A stretch of 25,449 bases of DNA from Chiloscyllium plagiosum. Lineage: Eukaryota. Shown here in pieces: positions 1 to 10,821 of this stretch. The notes under the pieces were generated by a model. It was not told the origin of the DNA and did not search any database. It was given only the letters and a program-made list of their open reading frames with translations. Location of the stretch: contig NC_057719.1 in assembly GCF_004010195.1 (NCBI RefSeq), positions 28,250,710-28,276,158 of the forward strand, in the 5' to 3' direction. The position numbers and the translations under genes were made by a program. Position 1 is the stretch's first letter. Each line of letters opens with the position of its first letter.

Positions 1-1254
1 CTATATTGTATACACTTAAATATCGTGAAACTCCTAACAGTGATTACAGTTCATTGTTTCTAACAACGGAAATCCGTGAAAACATTCTTCAGTCCTGAAT
101 AATAAAACTGTTTATCACCCTGACAAAAATATATTCTGATTCATACAACATATCAAAAAGATGACAGTCTCTAGAAAATAACAATAATTTTCTTGGGGAA
201 AAAGCTGGGTGAATTTTGTTTGTGCTCTCTCACTGGGGAATCTGTGCTCAAAGGTTTCCTTACAATTGTTACAATCCATATCAGCGTTGAGCACTCATTT
301 GCTTAAAGCCTCATAGGTTTCCTCTGATTTTCTCATCTACTAGTGCACAGTATGCAAAACCATCCAGACATCTTGCCAAAACAATCAATCAATCTTTGTA
401 TGTTTGCTTTGGACAGTAAATGTAGCAGTCAGTGCAACTCAAAGAGAAAGGGACACAATAGTCAAACCAAGTCTTCTATTCATTCAGTCACCAGTCACAC
501 GTTTTTCCTTGCCCTGTATCAGCAGAGATCAGCTAATTTAGCAAGGCTCTGTGTTTGAACCCAACGGGAGAATCTCATGCCCTCCCCTCCAATGGGTTTG
601 GTGATGGATCACAATTTAATCTGGCAGGAGAGGGACAGGTAGGGACCCCTGCCATCTCCCTGCCTCCACTTTGATTAAGTCAAATGGTTGAGGGCAGTTA
701 ATGCCTCATGCCACCATGTCATGTGTTAACTCAACTGAGGACTCAACATGTGGTAAGTACAACAAGCAAACCCATGGGGTGGGTGGGTAGCCCTTTGTTG
801 AAACGGACAAGAGACTCAGCACTGGGGAGAGGGCTTCCACTGAGAGTCACCCCGCAGCTTTGCCATCAACCTATCTCAGCACTCCAGCAGCAGCCACGCA
901 CAATCCACTCCCCACCACTCACTTCTGGCCTTATATCCAGTGCTGATCCCAGGTCTCTGTCGTATTGGCAGTGTCACCACCTCCACACTGGTACTGCCAC
1001 TCAATACAGCTGTCACTCAATGATGGCTTGATTAGTGGGGAGGAAAGAGGATTTTCCCCTCAGGACCCTTGATCCCGAGGGAAAACCTATTCCTGCTCTG
1101 ACAAATTCTGTGTAGAACAAAATACCTTCCTCAAAGAAAGAAAAAAAACAAAGAGGTGAGGGGTTTTGGCTGGCTGTCCAACCCACAACTGAAGTTGCCT
1201 CAGAGAGATATTTTGGGTTAAATAGCCACCATCACAAAACATGGGTCATTTGTT

Positions 1255-1715
1255 GAATGGTATCACTCACCTTGGAGCAGAAAAGCAATTAATTCAAACA
1301 CATTGCAGTATCTGGAGTACATAATGTAGGCTGATAATTGAGTGCAGTACCAAAGGAATGCTGCAATGTCAATGTTCAGGAGAAAGTGAGGGCTCCAGAT
1401 GCTGGAGAGTCAGAGTCGAAAAGTATGCGCTGGAAAAAGCACAATAGATCAGGCAGCATCCAAGGAACAGGAGAGATGAAGGGCTGATGCCCAAAATGTC
1501 GACTCTCCTACTCCTTGAATACTGCCTGGCTCGCTGTTGTTTTTCCACGCGATAGGTTTTGACTCTGCAATGTCAATGGTGTCACACTTAAGTGAAATCT
1601 TAAATCAAGACCTTCTCTGTCCTCTTAGGAGTGTAAAAAAAAATCAAATAGTAACTTTTCAACAAGAGCAAAACAGGTTAAACAATCAATGTTTACTCTT
1701 CAACCAACATCACAA
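1255..1715 (+). mobile_element. Old tRNA-derived SINE of DeuSINE type (SacSINE1/AmnSINE-like), split by a Penelope-derived insertion
   Basis: Degenerate blocks TAGGCTGA...GTGCAGTAC..AGGAATGCTGCA and ...CAACCAACATCAC resemble the recalled Deu-domain SINE body. The two halves rejoin across a 14-bp duplication. Confidence 0.5.
1375..1564. mobile_element. Palindromic Penelope-like terminal-repeat mini-element with 14-bp TSD
   Basis: Arms GAGTCGAAAA..CTGGAAAAAGCAC..CAGGCAGCATCCAAGGAACAGGAGAG and CTCTCCTACTCCTTGAATACTGCCTGG..TTTTTCCA..TTTTGACTC are inverted. CTGCAATGTCAATG flanks it at 1361-1374 and 1565-1578. A decayed hammerhead motif lies at 1475-1500. Confidence 0.75.
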
Positions 1716-1719
1716 GGAA

Positions 1720-2790
1720 ATTTCCCATCCAAGGACCTGTTCAAATGTCTTTTAAATGCTGTAATCATATTCGCCTCTACTAGTTCCTCTAGCACCTCAT
1801 TCCATATTCACAGAACTCTGAAAAAGTTGCCTTTCAGGACCCTTTTAAATCTTTCCCATCTCACCTCAAACCTATGCTCTCTGGTTCTGAACTCCCTACC
1901 CTGAGGAAAAGACCTTCGCTATTCACCTTATTTATGCCCCTCATGATTTTACAAACCTCTAGAAGATCACCCCTCAGCCTCCTACACTCCACTGAAAACA
2001 GTCCCAGCCTATCCAGCCCCTCCTCATAACTCAAACTGTCCAGTCTTGGTAACATCCTTGTGAATCATTTTTGCAGCCTTTCCAGTTCAATAACATCAGT
2101 CCTATAGCAGGGTGACCACAACTGTGTGCAGTACTCCAAATGAGGCCTAACTAATGTCTCGCTTAAACATGATATCCCAACTCCTGTACTCAATGCTGTG
2201 ACCAATGAAGGCAAGTATGCAAAACACATTCTTCACCACCCTGTCTACCTGTGATGCCACTTCTAAGAAACTATGTACCTGCACCCAAGGTCTCTGTTCA
2301 AAATCACTCCAAGGCCCTACCATTAACTGTGCGAGTCCTACTCTGATTTGTCATACAAAAATGCAACATTTAGATATAGATTTAGAAGATATGGAATTCC
2401 TATAGAGTGAAAATAGGCCCTTTGTCCCAACAAGTCCACACCAATCCTCCAAAGAGTAACCCACCCAAACCCATTCCCCTACTGTGCTACATTTACCCCA
2501 GACTAAACACCTAACCTACATACCCCTGAACACTATGGGCAATGTTTAACAGGGCCAATTCACCAAATTGTACATCTTTGGATTGTGGGAGGAAACCAGA
2601 GCACCCAGAGGAAACCCATGCAGACACGGGGAGAATGTGCAAACTTCACACAGACAGACAGTCCCCCGAGGTGGGAATCAAATCCGGGTCCCTTGCGCTG
2701 TGAGGCAGCAGTGGTAACCACTGAGCCACCATGCCACCCCTAATCTGAATTAAACTCTACCTGCCACTCCTCAGCCCACTGGCTGCTGTT
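1720..2790 (-). mobile_element. CR1-clade LINE (HER1-like) 3' ORF2 fragment, interrupted by an HE1 SINE
   Basis: ORF 1861-2055 MLPRLDSLSYEEGLDRLGLFSVECRRLRGDLLEVCKIMRG is the typical CR1 ORF2 C-terminal segment (L.LFSLE.RRLRGDL.EV.KI). Confidence 0.85.
2371..2740 (-). mobile_element. HE1-type V-SINE, full length
   Basis: Reverse complement begins GGGTGGCATGGTGGCTCAGTGGTTACCACTGCTGCCTCACAGCGC, contains the V-domain CTCCCCGTGTCTGCATGGGTTTCCTCTGGGTGCTCTGGTTTCCTCCCAC, and ends in a CR1-like tail. Near-identical to 3562-3923. Confidence 0.9.
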
Positions 2791-3561
2791 ACTGTAACTT
2801 TTTGATGTATCAGAACATGAGCATCATTTGGATTGAGTGGACTGGGAGATAGTGAATGATCAGCCTTTTCTCCATGTGAGGAAGAGTTTGCAGTGAATCA
2901 GCTGCCCTATTCTACATCCCTCACCACTGTCCACTGAAATCAACAGAAACTAAAATAGGGATGGAAGCAATTTGGTACACCATTCACTCTTGCACATGAC
3001 CACACAAAGTCATGTCCCCGATTTGGGCTGAGCCATAGTCTGAGTGTAGAGAGTTTTTGATTGATGTGATCCTGTATTTTGCAGTGCACCTGTCAGCATG
3101 CACACACTAGTGGGTACACAGGGAAAGTACAAACATGAGGGGCACACCAATGAGCAAGAATGTCCATACTGCACATGGGCAGTTACAGACACATAAGTGA
3201 GTCCTTCTGGAATCGTGACCTATTCAAGTATGACATGTCAGAGAGCAAGTGACTGAACACCTGAAGTGTGATTGGAAACGTTGCATACTACGAAGATTTA
3301 CAGTAGGGAGAGAGTAAACATTGCAGGCTTTTAGTTTGCTTTTGATTCAGAATAATTAAAGATTAATTTTAACTTAGAAATTAAAACTTCTAGTGCAGTT
3401 TTGGAGGAGACCTGACTAAGATCAAAGGCAAATATTGTCTTTTTCCTGCAAAAGGAGTTGTTTTTTCAGAGCAATTAAGGAAACAAGTTCTCAGTAGGAA
3501 AGGTTTGTTTGTAGAATTTTCAAAGCAGGTGTTTTTGGTTAGAAAGCTCCAGGTTTGGGAA

Positions 3562-3923
3562 TTAGAATCATAGAATCCCTGTAGTATGAAAACAGGCCCT
3601 TCAGCCCAACAAGTCCACTCCAATCCTCCAAAGAGTAACCCACCCAGACCCATTCCCCTACCCTATTATTCTACATTTCCCCTGACTAATGCACCTAACC
3701 TACACATCCTTTAACACTATGGGCAATTTAGCATGGCTAATTCACCTCACCTACTCATCTTTGGATTGTGGGAGGAAACCAGAGCACCTGGAGGAAACCC
3801 ATGCAGACACAGGGAGAATATGCAAACTTCACACAGACAGACACTCGCCCAAGGCTGGAATCAAACCCGGGTCCCTGGCGCTATGAGGCAGTGGAGCTAA
3901 CCACTGAGCCACCGTGCCACCCC
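3562..3923 (-). mobile_element. HE1-type V-SINE, full length
   Basis: Same tRNA head, V-domain and GGGCTGAAGGGCCTGTTTTC tail with GATTCTAT repeats as the other copies in this window. Confidence 0.9.
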
Positions 3924-4007
3924 AAGGTTCTTACAAACTGAGAAAGACTGACCTCTTAATTTTTGCTGATCTTCCAACTCAGTACCCAGTTCCCACTTTC
4001 TCCCTAC

Positions 4008-5292
4008 GAACATAGTCCACATGGATTTCAGCTAGGTCTTTGATAAGGTTCCATATGGTAAGCTGTTCCGGAAGGTTAGTTCACATGGAATCCAGGGAAA
4101 GCTGGGAAATTGGATACAAATTTGGCTTGAAAGTAGGAAGCAGAGGGGAATAGTAGAAAGATGCTTATGGGACTGGAGGCCTGTGACTAGTGGAGTGCCT
4201 CAGGGGTTGGTGCTGGGCCCAGTACTATTGTTATCTATAATGAATTATTTAAATGAGAATGTACAAGGCATGATTAGATGCAGATAGCACTAAAATAGGC
4301 AGTGTCATAGACAGTGAGGAAGGTTATCAGGACTTGCAGCAGGACCTTGATCAGCGGGATCAGCGGACCAAGAATAGAGTTTAATAGAAATAAATGTGAG
4401 GACTTATATTTTGGAAAGTTAAATCAAGGTAGGAGTTTCATGGTGAATGGTAGGGCCTTAAGGAGAGTAGTGGAACAGAGGGACCTTGGAATTCAGTATC
4501 ACAGTTCTCTGAAAGTGGAGTCACAGGTAGACAGGGCAGGAAGACGACTTTTGGCACACTGGCCTTCATCAGTCAAGGCACTGAATATAAAATAGGAAGG
4601 GTTTGGAGGGATATGGGCTGGGTGCTGGCAGGTGGGACTAGATTGGGTTGGGATATCTGGTCGGCATGGACAGGTTGGACCAAAGGGTCTGTTTCCATGC
4701 TGTACATCTCTATGACTCTAAGTTGGGAAGTTATGTTACAGTTGTACAGAATGTTGGTGAGTCCGCACATGGAGTATCGTGTTCTTGGTCACCTTGGTGT
4801 TACTAAACTGGAAAAAGTGCAGACAAAATTTACAAGAATGTTGCCCGGACTCAATGGTCTTAATTATAAGGAGTGGTTGGACAAGCTAGGACTTTTTTTT
4901 TTCTTTAGAGCATTGGAGATGGAAGGGGGAATCTTATAGATGTCTATAAGATCATGAGAGGCATGGAGAGGGTAAATGCACTCAGTCTTTTTCTGGGTTG
5001 GGGAATTGAAGACCAGAGGGCATCAGTTTAAGGTTAGAGGGGAAAGGATAAAAGTGAACCTGAGGGGCAACTTTTTTTTCCTTTACACAGAGTGTGGCAC
5101 ACATATGGAACAAGCTGCCAGTGGAAGTGGTTGAGTTGGGTGCATTAAAAGACATTTGGACAAATACATGGATAAGAAAGGTTTCAAAGGACATGAGCCA
5201 ACTGCAGGAAATGGGGTTGATGTGGATGGACATTATGGTCGGCATGGATGAGTTTGGGCCAAAGGGCCTGTCTCTATGCTGTAGGAGTCTAT
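4008..5292 (+). mobile_element. CR1-clade LINE, RT domain to 3' end, degenerate
   Basis: RT motif relics: MDFS*VFDKVPYGKL (about 4021), VTSGVPQGLVLGP (about 4183), ADSTKIG (FADDTK-like, about 4279), KLEKVQTKFTRMLPGL...LDKLGLF. 3'UTR ends GGGCCAAAGGGCCTGTCTCTATGCTGTA. Multiple frameshifts and stops. Confidence 0.9.
4591..4720 (+). mobile_element. Short 5'-truncated CR1 3'-tail inserted inside the older CR1
   Basis: GGAAGGGTTTGGAGGGATATGGG...GGTCGGCATGGAC...AAGGGTCTGTTTCCATGCTGTACATCTCTATGACTCTA interrupts the host sequence ...GAATATAA|AGTTGGGAAGTTATGTTACAG. Confidence 0.8.
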
Positions 5293-5956
5293 GGCATATG
5301 AATTAGGAGCAGGAATTGGCAATTCAGCCCCTCTGGTATTCAATACGAATCAGAGTCAGATAGAAATCTGCTGGCAACACGGTACAATCTGCCAGAAAGA
5401 GATGTATTTGGTAAAATAATGCAACCCAACAGAGCCCCAGAGAAATCAGGATATCCAAACTTACAAGAAAAATCATTATTTTAAATATTTTTACTGAGAT
5501 AAAGCTAAGGTTGAGCCATCAGGAGACCGGTGGATAAATAGTTAGTAGTTTCTTCCTTTTTAAAACCCTTGCTCAGAGACAGCAATGAACCAGCATTTTC
5601 TCCAAATTTTAGTAACGGCTTGTTGAAATCCAAGTGTGGCAGATCATTCCGCCCCCAGCTTCCAAATGCATTTCTAAGCTTCATTCAGAACCAGGTGCAG
5701 GGGCAAGAGCAAGAGATGATGCTTGATGATTTGCTGAAGTACTGTGTGCTAAAATAGAATGTACTGCAAAAAGTGTGAATCCATGTTATTGAAGTGGGTG
5801 GTAATTATGAATTATAACGTTAAAGCAGCATCGAATATAACTGAAGAAGAGAGAAGAGATGGAGATTAGCTTCCCAAAATGCTTTGTTGGTAAATGTATT
5901 CCACTGTGTGGGACACAGCTATGTTGATCCTCACAACTAATCTCTGCTAAGTTAAG

Positions 5957-7540
5957 TCACAGAAACATAGAAACTAAGAGCAGCTGTAGGCCATTCAGCC
6001 CTTTGATCCTGCTCTGCCATTCAACATGATCATCTGTAATACACTATCTCAATACCATTTTCTCCCTTTCTCTTCTTACCTATTGACACCTTTAATATCT
6101 TAAAAATTGTTTATATTCAAAAAAGAAATTGATAGTGACCTGCACAGCCTGCACAGCCTTCTGTGGTAGAAAATTGCATATGTTGACTACCCTTTGAAGG
6201 AAGAACTGTTTCCTCTTCCAAGACCTAAATGGCCTAACCTGTATCCTAAAGACATGACCCCTGGACTCCCTGGCCTTCTAGAAATCCCAACCAGGGAAAC
6301 ATTCTGCCTGTATCTAGTCTGTCCACTCCTGTTGTATCTTTCAATAGGATCCTCCTCATTCTAAACCCTAGTCAATACAAGCCCAGTCAAACCAACCTCT
6401 CCTTATACACCAAATCTGCCATCCCTGGTACTGCACTCCCTCTATGGCAAACATATCCTCTCTTAGGCAGGGATACCAAAACTGTATAGTTCTCCAAGCG
6501 TGGTCTCACCAAAGCCCTGTATTACGGCAGTTAGACATCCCTATTTCTGAACCCAAATTGTCTTGCAATGACAACTAACATACTTCTTAATTGCCTGCTG
6601 CAGCTGCACACTTACTTTCATTGACTGATGTACAAGGATACCCTTTGTCCATCCACATTTCCCAATATGTCACTCTAAGTAATCCTCTGAAGTTCTGTAT
6701 AACTTCACACTTACTCACATTTTACGACACTGCTGTGGCTTTTCTCACACAATTTGACTAGATTATCCTGAAGCCTCCTTATATTCTCCTCACACTCATA
6801 ATCCCACAGAGTCTTACTTGGTCAGCAAGCTTGGAATTTTTGCATTTGGTGTCCTAATACAAATCAGTTCTATGTAATGAATCGCTATGGCCCAGGTACG
6901 TATCCCTCTGTAAGACCACGAGTCACTGCCTGCCACCCCGACCCTTTTTATTTCCAACCTGTGTTTTTGGTCTATCAGGCAATTCTCAATCCATGTCTGT
7001 ACATTACCCCAATCTCATGAACTTTAAATTTTGCCCACAAGCCTCTGATGTAGGACTTTATAAAAAGTCTTCTTCTTCTGAATCAATTTTGCTAGATACA
7101 TCCTCAAATGTACCAGTAGATTAGTTAAGAAAGACTTCCCTTTCATAAACCCAGGCTGACTTTGTCTAATCCCATTAATGCTTTCCAAATGCTCTGTTAT
7201 CATGTCTTTTATAATAGACCTTAGCATTTTCCCCATGAGTGCTGTTTTGCTAACTGGCTTTAATTCTGTTTTTGCTCTACTTCCTTTGTTTTAAAATAGT
7301 GGGGGTTATATTTGACTTTCAATCCGTAGGAACTGCTCCACAGTCCATAGAATGTTGGAAGACCATAAGATATACAGAAGTAGAATTAGGCCATTCAATC
7401 CATAAAGTCTGCCCCACCATTCGATCATAGCTGATGACCACCAATACATCCAATCTTTCCAAGGGCACTTCATGTAGTTCTCTGGGATGTAGGTTGCCTG
7501 GCCCTGGTGATTTGTCAGTATTTAATCTCATTTCATTCTC
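5957..7540 (-). mobile_element. CR1-clade LINE, degenerate ORF2 (pre-RT/RT to 3' tail)
   Basis: ORFs 7319-7567 (DKSPGPGNLHPREL) and 7024-7236 (GKMLRSIIKD..QSQPGFMKGKSFLTNLL..FYKVLHQRL) are CR1 RT motifs. The 3' tail with (TTTCTATG)-like repeats lies near 5960-6030. Confidence 0.85.
7359..7432 (-). mobile_element. Tiny CR1 3'-tail nested in the CR1
   Basis: CCATAAGATATA..AGTAGAATTAGGCCATTCAATCC...CCATTCGATCATAGCTGAT resembles the tail at 5965-6030 and splits the host TTGGAAGA|TGACCACCAAT. Confidence 0.6.
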
Positions 7541-8663
7541 AATTGGACCGCATCTGGGGCACTGCAAATGGCCTGAAAATACTTGGGTTGGGGGCCGAGA
7601 GGTGGGAGAAGGATGGGGGAAATTAGTTAAATGTTCTTCCTCTTGGTTGTTATCTGGTGATATTGGGTGGAATGACGTGTGTAAACTTCAGGTGATGACC
7701 AGTTTGAGATCAGTTGTACAATGCAAAGAGCCCCATGACCTGGTTCCCACATTGATGATCTTACTCCAGTCAATGGCCTCCATACACAGCACTGGTCACC
7801 AATCAGCACCAGTCTATTCAAACAGAAGAAAACATTTGGGTCTCCTCCTCTCCCTAGCTAAACCAGGAGTCACAGGATTGTGATGGAGTAGAATTCCCTC
7901 CCAATCTCTGAAGACTTGCAGCACGAAAGTTCGAAACATTGTGATCTGCAAACACTAAACAGCTCATATAGTTTGCAGGCTCAGTATTTTATAACAAGCC
8001 CACCAGTACCACCAAATGTTGCATCCAGTTTCTACTTATAGGACTCATCAGTATCCACCAAATATTTTCTTGAATTTGTAACAATGCTCTTAAGTAGCAG
8101 CCTCAGAAACTATAGCAGACCTAAGTCCATAGGATCAACACACCTTTCCTGCATCTCTCTTAAGCTATACATAAAAATGTTTGCCTGGAACTTTGAAATG
8201 TTTAAAGGCAGCAGGTATGTATAGAATACATGCAACTTCTCAATGTTTAGTGGCAATGCCACTTAAAGACATAATGTCACCTCATTATGGAGTTCTTGCA
8301 CATGTTAAGCTACTGTCATCTAGTCACTTTTGCCAGCAGGAACAGTTCACTGTGCACAATTCTTGTGTTTAGTCGATGTTAATGCAGATAGCTATTTTAT
8401 GTGTGATCATAGATCCATTGTCTCGTCTACAAACCTACTAAAAAAAGGCGTTTTGAAATACAACATCGTCCTTTCAATTTTATTTCTGGGTCACTGTATT
8501 CAAAACCTGACAGTGGATGGATGGAGTCAAGACTTTCTGTTTCAAACGTCACGACAGAATAATGGTCAGTTCTGTTCATGAAACCTGCCCGCGGATGTAC
8601 ACTGTGTTGAAGTGACAGTATTTTAAATGATTAACTAAAGTAACGAGAGCTCTGACAGCAACT

Positions 8664-8669
8664 GCTTAC
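8664..8669 (-). promoter_or_regulatory. 5' splice donor of PKC intron 1 (GTAAGC)
   Basis: Minus strand reads GGC TGG|GTAAGCAG. No exon-2-like sequence (xDLEPEG) was seen in 1-8663, so the intron runs past the window start. Confidence 0.85.
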
Positions 8670-9014
8670 CCAGCCTTCAAAGGTCTTCGTGCCATTTTTC
8701 AGCAGTTCCTCGAACTGGAGGGTACAGTTCGCCACAAAGTCATCGTAGCCAATGGGGGTATCATGGAAAACGGTGAGTTCCAGCTCACTGCTTCGCCAGA
8801 TCTGGGTGCTGAAGTCCTCATTAAAAGTGGGCTGGCTGGTTTTCTGTTTAGTGACGGTCTGTCCGACCCTCCGGTTATCCACCTTCACCATCACATACGG
8901 ATCCAGTAACTGGTAACTTTTGCTAGATATCGAATGTCTGAGGGCGCATCGGGTTGGTTTCAGATCCACAGCCTCCCCGATCTTCACTTTCAGAGATCCA
9001 CTGAAAACGACCAT
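8670..9014 (-). CDS. PRKCH: First coding exon (115 codons, N-terminal C2 domain) of a novel protein kinase C, eta/epsilon subfamily; PKC-eta-like, exact orthology uncertain
   Basis: Translation MVVFSGSLKVKIGEAVDLKPTRCALRHS...QLLDPY...RVGQTVTKQKT...VFHDTPIGYDDFVANCTLQFEELLKNGTKTFEGW matches the nPKC eta/epsilon C2 domain. ATG is in a strong Kozak context (AGCATGG). Similarity ends at TGG|GTAAGC, a phase-0 donor at the position where exon 1 ends (after FExW) in vertebrate PRKCH/PRKCE. The tail of the ORF-track entry (8631-8669) is intron read-through. Confidence 0.9.
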
Positions 9015-9174
9015 GCTTGAAGATCCAGTGCGCTCTTTATAATCACCCGGCTCTCACAGGAACCCTCCTTCTGACTATTCACACTTCAGAAAGTCGTGGA
9101 GATAAGTAACAAAAAGTGCTGAAAACAATTTTTTAAAAAAAACAACCCTAATTTGACCGTGGAGGAGAGTTTAA

Positions 9175-9248
9175 TTACCGCCAGAGAGAGAGATTCCTCA
9201 TTTGCCAGTATTCCTACCTGGCCAAGCAAGTCCTGAAGCAGGAAACAT
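9175..9248 (-). promoter_or_regulatory. Two overlapping candidate upstream ORFs ahead of the PKC start codon
   Basis: ATG 9248 gives MFPASGLAWPGRNTGK* (ends 9198). ATG 9201 gives MRNLSLWR* (ends 9175). They overlap at ATGA. Only meaningful if the TSS lies upstream of 9248. Confidence 0.35.
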
Positions 9249-9796
9249 TGCAGGTGGCTAGAATTTCGGGAGACCTCTGAAGTCCTTTACTGACTGAAAC
9301 AGGTTTGTTCAATGGTCCGCCGGACACTTTCGGTTTTTCAGATCGAGACCTTCAGAGGGAACGAAGCAAGTTGAGGATTTTGAGTGAGCCCAGACTAGTA
9401 CCGGATTCCCTGACACTCGGTCTGTGTGAACAGGACCCACTTGTTATTTCAGACTATTTGGTTACGGAGAAGCAGGAAGCAATCAAACGTCAAATTTCCG
9501 TGTGTCAATTGCTGAAGTGTTGGGCTCTTTAAAGCAACGCACGCTGCCAGAGCCTTAGATTTCTCCAAGGGATGCACTTCCCAATTGGGGGAAATCAATC
9601 TTCAGTAATAAATCTTGCTCACAATTTGTTGTTGTTTTAGAAAGACTCAGGTTTGGGCTGATTTTTTTACTTGGATACCTTGCAAAGAATTCTGGGGGTT
9701 GTAGTCTTGCCTTACTTTTGTTACGGGCAAGATTGAATATTCAAAACTACAACTTCCAGAAAACGGAGCGTGAAACAATAGACCCAGCTTTGATTG

Positions 9797-9806
9797 TGAT
9801 TGGCTG
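9797..9806 (-). promoter_or_regulatory. CCAAT box (NF-Y consensus CAGCCAATCA), candidate PKC promoter element
   Basis: Plus strand TGATTGGCTG lies in repeat-free, relatively CpG-retaining sequence about 0.8 kb upstream of the ATG. Confidence 0.4.
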
Positions 9807-10034
9807 GGAAGCTGAAATATTTGGCGACTGATGGCTGTTAAGTACCAATTGCATCGACCTATAGGTGACTCCCAGTCCATCCCCTCTGTTGAGGGTGTGG
9901 CCCCATTGCAACTTCACCTGTTGGGTGGGGTTTACGTTGTAAGGTGTTGAGTGAGAAAGGGACGTTTTTTGTGTGTGCACTGTTTTGTTTAGTGTAAGGT
10001 GGAAAGGAAAAAGCCTTGTACCTGAATGAACTTG

Positions 10035-10815
10035 GCATTCACTGTGAAACAGATGAAATGATAGAGCAAAAAAGTACAATCTGATAACCACTCCAAGGTC
10101 CAGGACTACGTGTTGAGGGACACGCTGAAGCTTGGGGCAGCTGCCACCAAGGCGCGGTGGGGAAAGACCACCGTGTAACATCTGACTGCCTAAAGAACAG
10201 GGGGCCCCGTGCAGTCATTTGGGCTCTGCTGACACCTCAGCTAAAAATGTAATCGTATAGACCTGTAAATAGGAATGATTACTCTGTTTTCGGTATGCAA
10301 ACAAATGGAATGTTTACATATGTACGGCATGTCCAGTTGTACAGATCATCAAAGTATTTTATGAATAAAGTATATTTTTGAAATAAAAAAATCTGATAAC
10401 CATTACAGCGATGCAGAGGCGGGAGAATATAAACTGGGACCTGAATGTTGGACGATACATGACATTTAGGAAGATAGGATGGACTGAAAAAGTTGACTTA
10501 ATTAATTGCTTCAGTACATTAGGGAGGTATTACCCAAGTGCAGTTGTAGAAGCGGTTGGAAGACAGATGTTAAATTACCATAAAGACAAATCCCTTGCAG
10601 GGGTAGTATACAGATACCTACCACTAACTACAGGGTAGGACAGAGTAAAAATGAAGAAAGATTGGAAAAAGTACAGCAATAATAATACAGCATTTTAATT
10701 TACATTTAAATTAGAAAATCAAAGCAGCAAAGGTAGCCTAGATGGAGTGGTCACAGGATGGGTTTCTTAAACCAGCACGTTCTGAAATCAACCAGAGAGC
10801 ACTAGATTTTACTGG
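10035..10815 (+). mobile_element. Old CR1 ORF2 APE-endonuclease fragment, interrupted by a Tx1-like insertion
   Basis: Relic peptides KYNLITIT (split by the insert), NWDLNVGRYMTFRK, KSLAGVVYR, FNLH and FLxQHVLxxTRE match CR1 endonuclease motifs. Confidence 0.65.
10091..10389 (+). mobile_element. 5'-truncated non-LTR retrotransposon 3' end (Tx1-like, L1 clade) with 13-bp TSD
   Basis: AATCTGATAACCA is duplicated at 10078-10090 and 10390-10402. The insert encodes an ORF end SKVQDYVLRDTLKLGAAATKARWGKTTV*, followed by a 3'UTR, AATAAA (10364-10369) and an A-rich tail. The Tx1 assignment is from recall. Confidence 0.8.
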
Positions 10816-10821
10816 ATTTAG

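Noticed and set aside
563..1112. GC-richer block resembling a non-autonomous DNA transposon (similar blocks at about 7545-7910 and 17915-18230), including ORF 708-1031
   Set aside because: No convincing TIR/TSD or protein motif could be demonstrated. Probably old repeats, but unassignable by eye.
3010..3560. Possible solo-LTR-like sequence (also about 20745-20990)
   Set aside because: No paired LTR, PBS/PPT or clear TG...CA boundaries could be established.
1..8663. Search for PKC exon 2 (xDLEPEG...)
   Set aside because: Not found by eye. It presumably lies beyond the window start.
8631..8669. C-terminal VSSCCQSSRYFS of the 127-aa ORF
   Set aside because: Intron read-through past the GTAAGC donor.
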